From a virus (lineage: Duplodnaviria > Caudoviricetes), in the IMG/VR virus record IMGVR_UViG_3300030708_002798: a DNA stretch of 64,000 bases. The stretch is one strand, 5' to 3'. Shown here one piece after another: positions 1-9,513 of the stretch. The translations under genes were made by a program, and so were the position numbers. Positions within the stretch are counted from its first letter, which is position 1. Every line of letters starts with the position of its first letter. The notes beneath the pieces are model-generated. The model ran no database searches, had not been told where the DNA came from, and saw nothing but the letters and a program-made list of their open reading frames with translations.

Positions 1-1
1 C

Positions 2-238
2 CCATCCAATATATTTGATACCATTCTTATAAGAAACAATACCTTTATCTGCTAATTCACCAATTGGTATATCGAGTGATTCAAAGATTAAGGAACCAAT
101 ATGTGGAGTGGTTGATTCACCTACACTTAAGGGTTGTGTGTCTGGATCATAAAAAAACTCTACGTCATGATCATCCTTGATCAGACGCAGAGCAGTAATA
201 ATCGCAGATGTTCCTTTGCCTATAATTGCAACTTTCAT
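2..238 (-). CDS. Flavin-dependent (tryptophan) halogenase family protein, N-terminal part; runs off the window
   Basis: Hand translation, not in track: MKVAIIGKGTSAIITAL...PLSVGESTTPHI...SYKNGIKYIGW. Rossmann-like start plus the VGESTTP and K-x-GIK-x-x-GW motifs of PrnA-type halogenases. Confidence 0.75.
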   Translation of the reverse strand, partial: MKVAIIGKGTSAIITALRLIKDDHDVEFFYDPDTQPLSVGESTTPHIGSLIFESLDIPIGELADKGIVSYKNGIKYIGW

Positions 239-390
239 TCTATACGTTGGATAACTTCTAATTGATCTAAGTCAATATCATTCTTTTCTTCATACCTCTC
301 CAATGCTAACTCATGAAGAATATCTGCTGCTTCTTCATGAGTAACATTAGAGTACATCTTTTTTCCTTGGTAAAAGATGTCGAGATTCAT
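235..390 (-). CDS. Small hypothetical phage protein (51 aa)
   Basis: Hand translation MNLDIFYQGKKMYSNVTHEEAADILHELA...; start and stop overlap both neighbours. Confidence 0.65.
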   Translation of the reverse strand: MNLDIFYQGKKMYSNVTHEEAADILHELALERYEEKNDIDLDQLEVIQRIE

Positions 391-1163
391 CAGATTACCC
401 GAGTCTTCTCATGTCCTACACGAATACGAGGATCACACCAGATCTCGAATCCTTTCTCTTTTGCATCTAGACAGAAACTTACGTCCTCTCCACACATGTC
501 TTGTACTGCACCAGACTCAAAGACTTGCATCTTAGGAGCAAACCAGGGATACTCTAGATTCTCAAAGACACCCTTCTTGATTAGTACCCATCCAAAACCA
601 GTGTAGTCTACAGTGAATGGCTTCTTACGATTGGGTAGAGTCTCAATAGTTTCATGGTTCATTACACCACCGTTACTACGGAAATCATCCTCTTCCAACC
701 AGTGTGCAACAGAAGAAGTCTTACCATCTTCAGTTAGATACCAACCAGCAACTACTTCCTTCTCAGTACCATCTGCAGCAAGTGCATTGTCACAAAGTTG
801 CCAGAACTTCTCAGTGTTGAATACAATGTCACTATCAATCCATAGTTGGTAATCATACTCTAGTTTGCCGTCCCAAGGCTTCTGATTGGGACCTCGGAGT
901 ACATTAGCACCTAGTACCTTACAACGTGCAAAGTTGACCATGGAAGAGTAATCCTGACTGATCTGGATACTCATACCGTTCTGTACTAGATCAAAGCACA
1001 GTTGTACAAAGTTTTTGAGAAACGTAAATGAGCAACCACGTCCAGGTAGACAGAAGACAATCTTCTTGCCTTGCATACGTGCTTTGATTGCTTCAATGTC
1101 AAACTCAGGTCCTGCACTCTTCTTCTTTGGTGCATTTGCCTTAACAGTAAATCCTTTTGCCAT
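390..1163 (-). CDS. GT-A fold glycosyltransferase-like conserved cyanophage protein
   Basis: LWIDSD (DxD), TGFGWVLIK, GEDVSFC and VGHEK motifs typical of GT2-like folds. Confidence 0.7.
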   Translation of the reverse strand: MAKGFTVKANAPKKKSAGPEFDIEAIKARMQGKKIVFCLPGRGCSFTFLKNFVQLCFDLVQNGMSIQISQDYSSMVNFARCKVLGANVLRGPNQKPWDGKLEYDYQLWIDSDIVFNTEKFWQLCDNALAADGTEKEVVAGWYLTEDGKTSSVAHWLEEDDFRSNGGVMNHETIETLPNRKKPFTVDYTGFGWVLIKKGVFENLEYPWFAPKMQVFESGAVQDMCGEDVSFCLDAKEKGFEIWCDPRIRVGHEKTRVI

Positions 1164-1211
1164 AGTTTTGAATAACCTTCAGATCAATTCTATCAGTGTA
1201 TGTGTTGATTG

Positions 1212-1403
1212 TCAATATGATGCTTCTTGCATACTTTGACGATTTAAAGTGACCATCTCATATGAGAGATCATCTTCAGTATAGTCAGTCTGCATTAGTC
1301 CAACCATACCCTTTACAGTATTCCAAGTAACTGAGAAGTCCTCTTCTTTGATATTAGGAAAAAGACACTTATTACCTGCGTAGATATGATATAATTTTTC
1401 CAT
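1212..1403 (-). CDS. Hypothetical phage protein
   Basis: 63-aa ORF in operon orientation. Confidence 0.6.
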   Translation of the reverse strand: MEKLYHIYAGNKCLFPNIKEEDFSVTWNTVKGMVGLMQTDYTEDDLSYEMVTLNRQSMQEASY

Positions 1404-1618
1404 ATAGGACCAAATTTTTTCTGCGAAATTTTTTGACGGATTTTTGAACCCATCGACGAATTATATATGCGACTTCCTGAGGTCGGTTTATACCCTCGGA
1501 AATTTTTTTTAAAGTCTTTATAACGACCTCGAATTGTCACCTCTGTAGGTTAGGTTCCCATTGGTTTTTTATAACCCCACCCCATAATATCAACAACTGC
1601 CTAACACGAACGAATAAG

Positions 1619-1658
1619 AACTGTGCCCACCTACGAATAACTTAGTGGGCACACAGTT
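1619..1658. terminator. Stem-loop just downstream of the early-gene region
   Basis: Inverted repeat (aa)ctgtgcccac...gtgggcacacag(tt) immediately after the stop codon at 1667. Confidence 0.4.
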
Positions 1659-1666
1659 TGTGATAC

Positions 1667-1906
1667 TTAGACGATCTGGAAAGTGTTAAGATCGTTGCGA
1701 TTATCACAGGACTCCCAGGTATCATAGAACGAATTCCATGCCTTCTCGTTATCAACAAAGGTGTCAATATCGAGCATCTCACATACCCAATCGTATGCCA
1801 TATCTACGTCTGCATTTGTATCATTAACAAACGCAATCATCTGTCCCATGATGTCATCCCAGGAGGACTGCATTTCAGGAGAGAGGGAGAAGATCGGAGT
1901 TGCCAT
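1667..1906 (-). CDS. Hypothetical early protein (start revised to MATPIF)
   Basis: ATG at 1906 follows a TATAAT promoter and leader; the longer track start overlaps the upstream gene. Confidence 0.65.
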   Translation of the reverse strand: MATPIFSLSPEMQSSWDDIMGQMIAFVNDTNADVDMAYDWVCEMLDIDTFVDNEKAWNSFYDTWESCDNRNDLNTFQIV

Positions 1907-1998
1907 GAGTGGTGTGCTGTTGACTCTGTAATTATAGGGACCAGGAGACTGATTCAGAGTGCCACGGACTGATCCTGTAACACTCTGAAATAATAACA

Positions 1999-2340
1999 TC
2001 AAGCACCCACAACCATGCCAGACTTGAAAGGCACAACCTCCCAATCTTTCTGCACGTCATTGTACTGTTTGATGAACCAATCTCCTGCCTTTTGGAATAC
2101 TTTCTCACCCTCGATTGCGTGCTCTTGAAGAATAGCATTGAGACGTGATTTGGTGGTGTTTGTTTGCCATCCACCATCAAAAAGTTCAACACCATTCTCA
2201 TTAACAATTGCAATGAGATTGCCGTGCAGGTACACAGTGCTGCTGTTGTATTCCGCAGAGTAGTGAACAGAAGTGTTTGCAGATTGCCAGGTCTCGTTGT
2301 TGGAGATTGCCTGGTTCATCTGCTGTTCGATCTTACGCAT
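1999..2340 (-). CDS. Conserved cyanophage early hypothetical protein
   Basis: MRKIEQQM...GWQTNTTKSRLNAIL; preceded by a repeated early-promoter cassette. Confidence 0.7.
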   Translation of the reverse strand: MRKIEQQMNQAISNNETWQSANTSVHYSAEYNSSTVYLHGNLIAIVNENGVELFDGGWQTNTTKSRLNAILQEHAIEGEKVFQKAGDWFIKQYNDVQKDWEVVPFKSGMVVGA

Positions 2341-2421
2341 TGGAGGTGTGTTCCTTTGACCCTTATAGAATACACCATTTTGGATGCTGTGCCGTGTGCT
2401 TGTGCCAGTTCTATAAGTGGT
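2341..2421 (-). promoter_or_regulatory. Early promoter cassette copy
   Basis: Minus strand CCACTT-N4-AACTGGCACA ... TATTCT ... GTCAAAGGAACAC ... ATG. Confidence 0.7.
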
Positions 2422-2448
2422 TTTTAATTACACTTTCCTCCTCACAAT

Positions 2449-2616
2449 TCACCATAGTGCATCATACTTTGTGGAGAGATCTTCAACGTATGCTTCACAC
2501 TTTTCATCACCTTGCAGTTCAAATAACTTTTCCCAGTCAATCTGGTGTGGATTAAAGTCATCCATTGCTTCAATCTCTAGAGTGATGCGATACTTGGACT
2601 TCTGTGCGTAAGGCAT
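2449..2616 (-). CDS. Small hypothetical protein (55 aa)
   Basis: Hand translation MPYAQKSKYRITLEIEAMDDFNPHQIDWEKLFEL...; downstream of a consensus promoter. Confidence 0.65.
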   Translation of the reverse strand: MPYAQKSKYRITLEIEAMDDFNPHQIDWEKLFELQGDEKCEAYVEDLSTKYDALW

Positions 2617-2645
2617 TGTTCTGTCGGTGAATTGCGTGCTCAGTT

Positions 2646-2674
2646 ATTATAATTCATTCTGAGGATTACGTCAA
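2646..2674 (-). promoter_or_regulatory. Sigma70-type promoter
   Basis: TTGACG-N17-TATAAT on the minus strand. Confidence 0.75.
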
Positions 2675-2769
2675 GAATACCAACTAATGTTTACGATATT
2701 CTTATGTATAACTCTCAGAAAGATTCGGAGTATTTATGTCAGGGTTCTGGGATTTTTCTGATCTGGGTG

Positions 2770-2798
2770 TTGACTTTTTTGAGATCTGTCGGTATACT
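2770..2798 (+). promoter_or_regulatory. Sigma70-type promoter on the non-coding strand
   Basis: TTGACT-N17-TATACT on the plus strand; no credible ORF downstream. Confidence 0.65.
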
Positions 2799-2870
2799 GC
2801 ACGCCAAGATCACAAGAACTGGAGACATTTAAAAGGACAAAAAGATGCTCATAAGTTACTCTGAAGACCC

Positions 2871-2966
2871 TGTGGAGTTACTGTCAAGTTTCTCCACAGA
2901 CTTTTCCACAACCTGTTAGAAAACACTCACATATGTTTTTTAATACATTTTTAATTGATTTTTAAT
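2871..2966. other. Candidate replication origin: DnaA-box-like repeats plus AT-rich tract
   Basis: TTTTCCACA at 2902-2910, TTCTCCACA at 2890-2898, inverted TGTGGAGTT at 2871-2879, then a very AT-rich stretch at 2931-2966. Confidence 0.4.
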
Positions 2967-3132
2967 CGAAAAGTGGTACAATTTCACTGTTTTTGCATCC
3001 ATTCTCTAATACATGACGTTCCCAGAGCATAGCATCACGAATGTCAAAGAATACTGCTTTCTGTTGACTATAATACCCAGACTTATCCCTGGGTTGTTGA
3101 TACACTACACTGAACTTTTTGATCTGGTTCAT
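2962..3132 (-). CDS. Small hypothetical protein (56 aa)
   Basis: Hand translation MNQIKKFSVVYQQPRDK...AVFFDIRDAMLWERHV... Confidence 0.6.
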   Translation of the reverse strand: MNQIKKFSVVYQQPRDKSGYYSQQKAVFFDIRDAMLWERHVLENGCKNSEIVPLFD

Positions 3133-3301
3133 AATTAACGTTGTTCCAATGACGAGTTGCGTTTGCTACGATTGCGATGTTGGTTATCATATAAGAGAGA
3201 AAGATAACAGTCCTAATGATAGCAACCTTATCAGATTCACTATCACTATCAGTTGCTTTCTCTCCTAGTGCTTTACACCATAACCTCCAAACATTTTTCA
3301 T
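3083..3301 (-). CDS. Small membrane-associated hypothetical protein
   Basis: WRLWCKALGEKA...DKVAIIRT followed by a hydrophobic segment. Confidence 0.65.
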   Translation of the reverse strand: MKNVWRLWCKALGEKATDSDSESDKVAIIRTVIFLSYMITNIAIVANATRHWNNVNYEPDQKVQCSVSTTQG

Positions 3302-3807
3302 TATGCATACACTATATTCAACACCAATCTTAAATCTTTATCAGTACAATTAGTTCCTGCATGATAATATCGATTAGGAAAAAGTATAGCACGATTTGCT
3401 TTACTTTTGATCCTATGTTTCTTACCATTTTCATCTTTAATTGCTGTGTATCCATCATTGGTGTTAAGATGTAAGATCAACGAATTAAGGTGGGGGCACG
3501 ATTCAACATCAAGATGAAATGGTTTTTCTTTTACACTTTGTCCCTTGAATGTTCCATTAACTTTAATCCTTGCTAATGCTTCCAAATCATCAATCTCATT
3601 CAGAACATTATGGATCTTTGTATAATGAATTGATTCAGGACCAAATGATTGAATATCAAAGAAAGTATGAGATAATTGAGGATACTTATCATCTGAATAC
3701 ACAGACGTTGAATGATACTCCCATTGGAAACTTTGCGATTCAATTAGTTGAACAAAGTCCTCAAAAATGGGAGTTGGTAAGTAGTCATCAATCACTCGTA
3801 CTTTCAT
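3301..3807 (-). CDS. 2OG-Fe(II) oxygenase superfamily protein
   Basis: HxD (FHLDV), distal His (YYHAG) and C-terminal R-x-V-L-N. Confidence 0.75.
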   Translation of the reverse strand: MKVRVIDDYLPTPIFEDFVQLIESQSFQWEYHSTSVYSDDKYPQLSHTFFDIQSFGPESIHYTKIHNVLNEIDDLEALARIKVNGTFKGQSVKEKPFHLDVESCPHLNSLILHLNTNDGYTAIKDENGKKHRIKSKANRAILFPNRYYHAGTNCTDKDLRLVLNIVYA

Positions 3808-3977
3808 TTACTATCAGGCAATGTAATCTCGTGGAATGAGTGATTGTAAACGACCATATTTACTTCACGTTGTTGATCCCTTGACAAACCAATCGTGAAA
3901 GTAAGTGCTTGCTCAGAAGTGAACTTTACTGGTCCTTGGTGTCCTTTGTATTCAATGATTGTTCCTGTTGTATACAT
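3804..3977 (-). CDS. Small hypothetical protein (57 aa)
   Basis: Hand translation MYTTGTIIEYKGHQGPVKF...; coupled to the downstream gene. Confidence 0.55.
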   Translation of the reverse strand: MYTTGTIIEYKGHQGPVKFTSEQALTFTIGLSRDQQREVNMVVYNHSFHEITLPDSK

Positions 3978-4067
3978 TGAAGATAATGCAATTCAGATTC
4001 GATACTAATTAGACGTTGCGTAATGTTTGGATCCCAGTCAACACAATCACACAATGAATAGAGATGA

Positions 4068-4394
4068 TCAAGTGCTTCCGAATAACGCATTTTCCAATGG
4101 GTTGAGATTTAACTGCATTGAAGTATAGGGTCTGGTTGACATTATATCAACCTCATTTCCTATCTTCTTTGAATTGATTGGTGCGTAATACTTTCGGGTT
4201 TTGGGTTTGTAAAATCCCCAAATTGTCCTAGCACATTGATCACCATCAAGATACACATACCGAGCATGGTGTAATAACCAAATCGAAATAGTGCTAGCAT
4301 TGTGCTTTTGGACCTCGTAGGAATAACCTTCTGGTGGTGAATGAATGAAGTCTGATGGTAGTTCAGTTAAAATCATTTGCTGATAGATTACCAA
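4068..4394 (-). CDS. Conserved cyanophage hypothetical protein
   Basis: ELPSDFIHSPPEGYSY...TIWGFY...APIN...TRPYTSMQLNLNPLE; true start probably MILTEL. Confidence 0.65.
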   Translation of the reverse strand: MVIYQQMILTELPSDFIHSPPEGYSYEVQKHNASTISIWLLHHARYVYLDGDQCARTIWGFYKPKTRKYYAPINSKKIGNEVDIMSTRPYTSMQLNLNPLENALFGST

Positions 4395-5796
4395 TCAAAA
4401 GATCATGAATCTCACTGGTTTGTTCATAATGTTCCAATGCACGATCTTTACAATTTTTTGACTCAGATAACAGCATCTCATAGATGTGAATCGGTTCAAC
4501 CTTTCTCTCGATACATGCATTGAACCACTCTCGAAGTTCGTTCCTTAGATCTTCATTCATCATAGAAACTCCGCAATGTAATAATCAACAGTACACTCTA
4601 ATCGTTCTGCTTCCTTCTCACATTCATCAAACAGTTGCTCCAGTTCATCCACTTCGAGTTGATACAGTTTTTCAGTCTTCATGTCAATTAAAAGTTGAAA
4701 CTAGTTTGTTGAACAATGCTGGAACTCTTACACCGAATTGTTCTTCACAATCCTTCTGTTCCTCTAATGTCATCAACTGTAGTGCAGTCATCAGAACATT
4801 CAACTCATCATCTGTGAGTTTAACTTTTGCGAATGATACGGTCGAACTTTTCAATTTGGTAACCCTCTTTGAGTGCTTTGTTGATGATACCTTGGACTGA
4901 TAATCCTGTCAATGGGATGTATCGATGGACGAGAAAATCCTCACAATCTTCTGATAATGCCTCCAGTTGGTGTTCAGTGAGTCGGTCAAGATCAATCATA
5001 GATTGTGTGCTACTGTTCTAATTATACCATCATTCAATCACCCTCTTTCAAATCTTGCCATATATCTTCACCATACAGATCAAGAACTTCTTCCTTTAAA
5101 TCTTGCTCATCCCACATTTCCATGTTATGCATGAGAGTTTCAACGGCAAATGTCCACAGATCATCCATATCCATGCCATCTACAATGAGATTGGCATAGT
5201 TATCTTTTGCCTTTTCAAGTTGTTCAGGAGTCATGGATTTGGTCATTTCAATAGTCATAATCGGAAGCAAGATAGGTGTCGATGTTGAACTTGTTTTCTG
5301 GATCTTCCTCATCGAGGAATTGATTGATGTCCTCATCTGTGAGATCTAGAATCTCAGCAGGCAGATCAACATAATGATTCAAAATTCAACCTCCCAGTCT
5401 TTGTCGTTGTTGAGTGATACCCAGAAATGATTTTTGCCGTTGATCGATGTCAGAAATACTCGATCACCTTTGTCTTGTTCAATGATACACTCGGGATCAT
5501 TGTCCATCAGGTTAGAAAACCTGTTCTTTGCTTTCTTTGATCGTGGTGTTACAAATGCTGTCATGATTTTAGTGAGAAACTCCACAATGAATCACATCTT
5601 TGTACCTTTTGAAGATAGGATTTTGGACAATCTCCAGAAGGTGCTTAGCATCATCGACGAGGTAATCATCGGTGTTTGCTTCAATGTACTCCTCCAGAAT
5701 TGCTTGCAGTGTGATACGATCATCCATTCCCAGATTGTACCAATAGGGTTGATAGCAAAGGGAATTGATCTCTTCTTGGGTGAATGATGCAGTCAT
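4363..5796 (-). CDS. Run of short, tightly coupled acidic hypothetical early ORFs (4363-4563, three within 4560-5000, 5034-5336, 5379-5585, 5569-5796)
   Basis: Consecutive minus-strand ORFs with overlapping start/stop codons; no recognisable domains. Confidence 0.55.
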
Positions 5797-5798
5797 GA

Positions 5799-6077
5799 TC
5801 AGTTGAAGAAAGTGTTTGCTTTTTTGAACTTTGCAACTTGAACAGGATCAGTTGCATCGACAAGTACAGGTCGCAAAATAACATCGATGCTCTCGATGTT
5901 TGGATTGTGATCCTGCCACACTTTGAGACCACCACCACTCATCTTGAACCTTCTCTCAGAATCAATCCGTGCTTCAATAGTTTTGAACTCTGAAGCAGCA
6001 GATCCATCCTGAAAGTTGAACTTAGTTTCCTTTCGGAATGTGGTGCGGTGTGAACCGTGAATCGGAAGGAGTTGCAT
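5799..6077 (-). CDS. Hypothetical early protein
   Basis: First gene after a promoter cassette, with a GAGGAA leader. Confidence 0.65.
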   Translation of the reverse strand: MQLLPIHGSHRTTFRKETKFNFQDGSAASEFKTIEARIDSERRFKMSGGGLKVWQDHNPNIESIDVILRPVLVDATDPVQVAKFKKANTFFN

Positions 6078-6160
6078 GAGGTGTGTTCCTCTCGACTTCT
6101 ATAGAATACACGATCTTGGGTGCTGTGCCATGATCATGTGCCACTCCCTCAACTGTCCAG
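6078..6160 (-). promoter_or_regulatory. Early promoter cassette copy
   Basis: TGGACAGTT-N5-AGTGGCACA ... TGGCAC ... TATTCT-ATAGAAGTCGAGAGGAACAC ... ATG. Confidence 0.75.
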
Positions 6161-6709
6161 TTTAACCAGTTTGCAATTAAAAGCAATGACAATCTTTCTC
6201 TGGTTTGTATCATTAACTGGACTGCGATGATACTGTTGTGCAGGAAAGACTAATGTGTCTCCTACTTCTACATGAGGCACAAGTGGATTTAATTCCTCAG
6301 TTTGCATCCAAAATTCTGTTGGCACTGATTTATCAGGAACCTCCAAATAAAGGACATTTGCTAGATCTTCACCTGGATGATCGTGCCAGTCATGTTGATC
6401 TCCTGGTTCATAAACTTGATACCAAAGGTTGGTAAGATGCAATGCTGTATTTGGGAATCTCATTGCCACATAGTGAGCATATCCTCCCCAGTAACAATCA
6501 TAGAATAGTTTTACAAATTGGAAGTCACTCTCTTCATCTCTTGCTTCATCATGCCAGTTTGTTTTACTGACATCACAATACTGTCTTCCGTTGGTATCAT
6601 TCAGAACGAACTCTTTCAGAGGAGCAAGTTTTTCGGGTGGTGTATGAAATTGGAAGTAGATATGTAGATAATCTTCTTCCTCCTCACTTAATAGATCAAA
6701 TTCAATCAT
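6149..6709 (-). CDS. 2OG-Fe(II) oxygenase (TIGR02466-like)
   Basis: WYQVY...HDWHDH...VLYL...FPA...HRSP...RKIVIAFN. Confidence 0.75.
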   Translation of the reverse strand: MIEFDLLSEEEEDYLHIYFQFHTPPEKLAPLKEFVLNDTNGRQYCDVSKTNWHDEARDEESDFQFVKLFYDCYWGGYAHYVAMRFPNTALHLTNLWYQVYEPGDQHDWHDHPGEDLANVLYLEVPDKSVPTEFWMQTEELNPLVPHVEVGDTLVFPAQQYHRSPVNDTNQRKIVIAFNCKLVKLDS

Positions 6710-6711
6710 TG

Positions 6712-6984
6712 TTAGAGTTTGCCACCAACAATTCCATTATTCACGACTCTGGTGTAATCTTTCAGTGTTCCCTCTTGTTCACACTTAAGATGCCAACGTG
6801 TCATGCTAACAACGTCTTCCTTTTTCAGACCAGTCAACATTTTACGACCTTCTTTGGTCATTGTTGTGTGTAGTCCAAACCTAGTTTCCCAAACATAAAA
6901 TACATCATCAATGAGTTCAGCACCTTCTGGTACATTAACTGTTTTTTCTGCATTTTCATTTGTCGTGTTGGTGTCAGTGGTCAT
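6712..6984 (-). CDS. Conserved cyanophage hypothetical protein
   Basis: LIDDVFYV...TRWHLK...VGGKL C-terminus. Confidence 0.65.
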   Translation of the reverse strand: MTTDTNTTNENAEKTVNVPEGAELIDDVFYVWETRFGLHTTMTKEGRKMLTGLKKEDVVSMTRWHLKCEQEGTLKDYTRVVNNGIVGGKL

Positions 6985-7013
6985 ACAGGCATCCTCGTAG
7001 TGTTGTTTCTAAT

Positions 7014-8145
7014 TTATGTTGCATTTAGAGCATAACGATAGTCGATGGAGTTAATACACCATCCTGTCGCACATGTAATCTCCTCAATCAAATCATCTTC
7101 ATCATCTGCTTCCCAGGTTGTTGACATCGTTTCGTCAACTATTTCACGTTTGTAATCATCAGTGAGGAAATCATCCATTGTATCCCCATCACCAATGTCA
7201 TCAGTGAAATCAAACTCAATATCAGTGACTTGAAATTGCATCAGACTAACTCCTGCTGTTGTTGCATAAGTTGCTCTTCAGTTACTTCATCCACACACTC
7301 TTGAATGACTTGATAGATGTAATCAACATTGCCAACATCATTGAAGATTCTTTCACTCAATTCACGATCCATGTGTGCAGGATATTGTGGTTCACCATCA
7401 TTATCGTAGATGACACAATCTTCAGCAGTGTAAATCCATGCACCACAGTATGCATCTTCACCCTGTTGTTCAATCAGTCGATTGACACGTTCTTGGAGTT
7501 GTTTGAGAGTGTAGTTCATTGATCGAGGAGAGAAATGTCGTAGGAAGTAAAGTTAGGGTATTGTTTTTCTACCCATTTTGATAACTTATTATTCTGTGAT
7601 TTAATTCCCTTCTTTGTCTTTGGTCTGGTTGGCATCACTTTGAGAAACGATAGATGTCCCTCATCCGTTGTTACTTGGATCTTCCAAGTTGCCGAAGTTG
7701 TATTCATCGAAAGTCCTTACACATTTCATCATAAGATGCACCAACAGGCAACTGTTTGCACATCCGTGTCATTTTGTTGTCTTGCATCTTAGAAACTGCA
7801 TCGATAGCATTGACACCAATTACAGTGCCGAAGATGACAACAATGGAAGCAAGTGCGATTCTCATTTTGAAATAGATTGACGGTAGACTTGAGCAACTTC
7901 TTCCCAGTGATAATCTTTCAGATCACCACACATCGACTCCATGTAGTCATAAACTTCCAACCAAGATGCATTGGTTGATTTGATGTAACCAGGAAGAGTT
8001 TTGAGAGCAGAGTTGAACATTGAGTTTGAAATCATTTTGGTTGAACAATTTCGGCAGCATTATAGAGACCATCGGAAATGATCTGACGTGCTGAAGTGTT
8101 GGTCCAGAGAAGAATACCAACCCCACAAACTAACAAGAACTTCAT
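7014..8145 (-). CDS. Run of short hypothetical early ORFs (7014-7241, 7241-7519, 7516-7707 and three <60-aa ORFs up to ~8145)
   Basis: Coupled minus-strand ORFs, mostly acidic; no recognisable domain. Confidence 0.55.
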
Positions 8146-8198
8146 GTGAATCTCTCGGTGTTGTTTGAGTGAACGTGGTTTAGAAAGTGAAGCAAACA

Positions 8199-8372
8199 TC
8201 AGAGTTCTCCGTACTCCATGTAGGTGTGACCCAACCAGTCTTCCACAAATGCGTAAGCACCGTTGGATTCAACATGCATAGAATAGCACACATCTGCTGC
8301 TCTTTCAGAACCGTAAACGATTTCCCGTTCATCGAGAGCAGGGCAGGCAACGAGATAAGATCCAGTGGTCAT
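8199..8372 (-). CDS. Hypothetical early protein (start revised to MTTGSY)
   Basis: ATG directly after the cassette leader GTCAAAGGAACACCACTC. Confidence 0.6.
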   Translation of the reverse strand: MTTGSYLVACPALDEREIVYGSERAADVCYSMHVESNGAYAFVEDWLGHTYMEYGEL

Positions 8373-8453
8373 GAGTGGTGTTCCTTTGACTCTTCTAAGA
8401 TACACGATCTAGAGTGCCGTGCCAGTTTCCTGTGCCACTCTGTCAACCGTCCC
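8373..8453 (-). promoter_or_regulatory. Early promoter cassette copy
   Basis: GGGACGGTT-N5-AGTGGCACA ... TGGCAC ... TATCTT-AGAAGAGTCAAAGGAACAC. Confidence 0.75.
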
Positions 8454-8835
8454 AGTGTTCATAACTCCATTTGTTATTTGTCACAGAATAGTATACATCT
8501 TTGATGCCACAATCTCTGAGATATGCTTCACAAACTGGGCAAGGTCTTGCCATTCTTAATTCATCATGATTATGTCCACCCAAACGTGCAACAATTATCT
8601 TATCACCATCCTCTCTTGCTTTTACTAATGCAGACAATTCTGCATGTAGAAAGATCTTCTGAGGTCGTCCTACTTTCTTTGCCCAATGTGCTTGAATTGG
8701 ATGAGTTTTGGTCTCATTGTTAGTAGCACAGACAATGACTCGATTCTTTTTGAGTAAAACAGCACCCACTTTCTTCTTGGAAGGTGATGATGCTGCGATC
8801 TCAGTTGCAAGTTTGAATAGATTTTCCATCAGCAA
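8443..8835 (-). CDS. Cytidine/dCMP deaminase-family zinc protein
   Basis: VGAVL...N...HAE...PCPVC zinc-deaminase signature. Confidence 0.85.
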   Translation of the reverse strand: MLMENLFKLATEIAASSPSKKKVGAVLLKKNRVIVCATNNETKTHPIQAHWAKKVGRPQKIFLHAELSALVKAREDGDKIIVARLGGHNHDELRMARPCPVCEAYLRDCGIKDVYYSVTNNKWSYEHWDG

Positions 8836-9302
8836 TCGTACATCTTATTGCCCTGGTAAGACATATTGTTGGTCATATCTTCACTGATACCTTCCCAGAA
8901 ATCTTCCCAGTCTTTTTCGTCAGCATCAGTCACATTACCTGTGATGCGAACAGAATTAGCATTTTGCCAGTCTTTCACAATTTCCTCATATGCTTTCTGA
9001 GTCCAACCATCATTATATGGTGATTTTGCTTGTACCTTTGCATCAGTGATAAATGCTGGTTCTCGTTGTTTCTTTGGAGTAAGTAGATCATAATCAAAAA
9101 TCATTTCTTCATCATCAGATGTTTCGATCAAATCTAGAATTGAAGCACACTTTCTCTCATAGTCTGAAAAATAGATATGAGCACTGCGAACTTCTTTGAT
9201 AATATCTCGAACTAAATCTTTTGCGGTTGCACTCTCATCCGAGATGTAATCAAAGATTGCATCATTCAATCTTTCACGACGTTGTTCTGAATACTCTTTC
9301 AT
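8829..9302 (-). CDS. Hypothetical protein
   Basis: 157-aa ORF with SPYNDGWT motif, coupled to neighbours. Confidence 0.6.
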   Translation of the reverse strand: MKEYSEQRRERLNDAIFDYISDESATAKDLVRDIIKEVRSAHIYFSDYERKCASILDLIETSDDEEMIFDYDLLTPKKQREPAFITDAKVQAKSPYNDGWTQKAYEEIVKDWQNANSVRITGNVTDADEKDWEDFWEGISEDMTNNMSYQGNKMYDC

Positions 9303-9513
9303 TGGAAAACTCCGAATAGTTTGGTTGAAGAAATTGCGAGCAAAAATGTCAGCATGATAACAACATCCCAGGATTTGGTTCTAATGAAAAATGGAATCGA
9401 GATCATGTCTGCAATGAAGTGCATTACAACCCCGATTGTCACATTTACATGAAGAACAACGAAATAGGCAAGGATAACCAGAATTGATCCGATTATCCTG
9501 CCCACAGTGTCAA
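9299..9513 (-). CDS. Small membrane protein (start uncertain)
   Basis: Three hydrophobic segments in the C-terminal part of track ORF 9299..9688; the N-terminal part overlaps the next gene. Confidence 0.55.

Noticed and set aside
1313-1540. 75-aa Lys-rich minus-strand ORF
   Set aside because: Composition reflects the A/T tracts and it overlaps the better-supported 1212..1403 gene.
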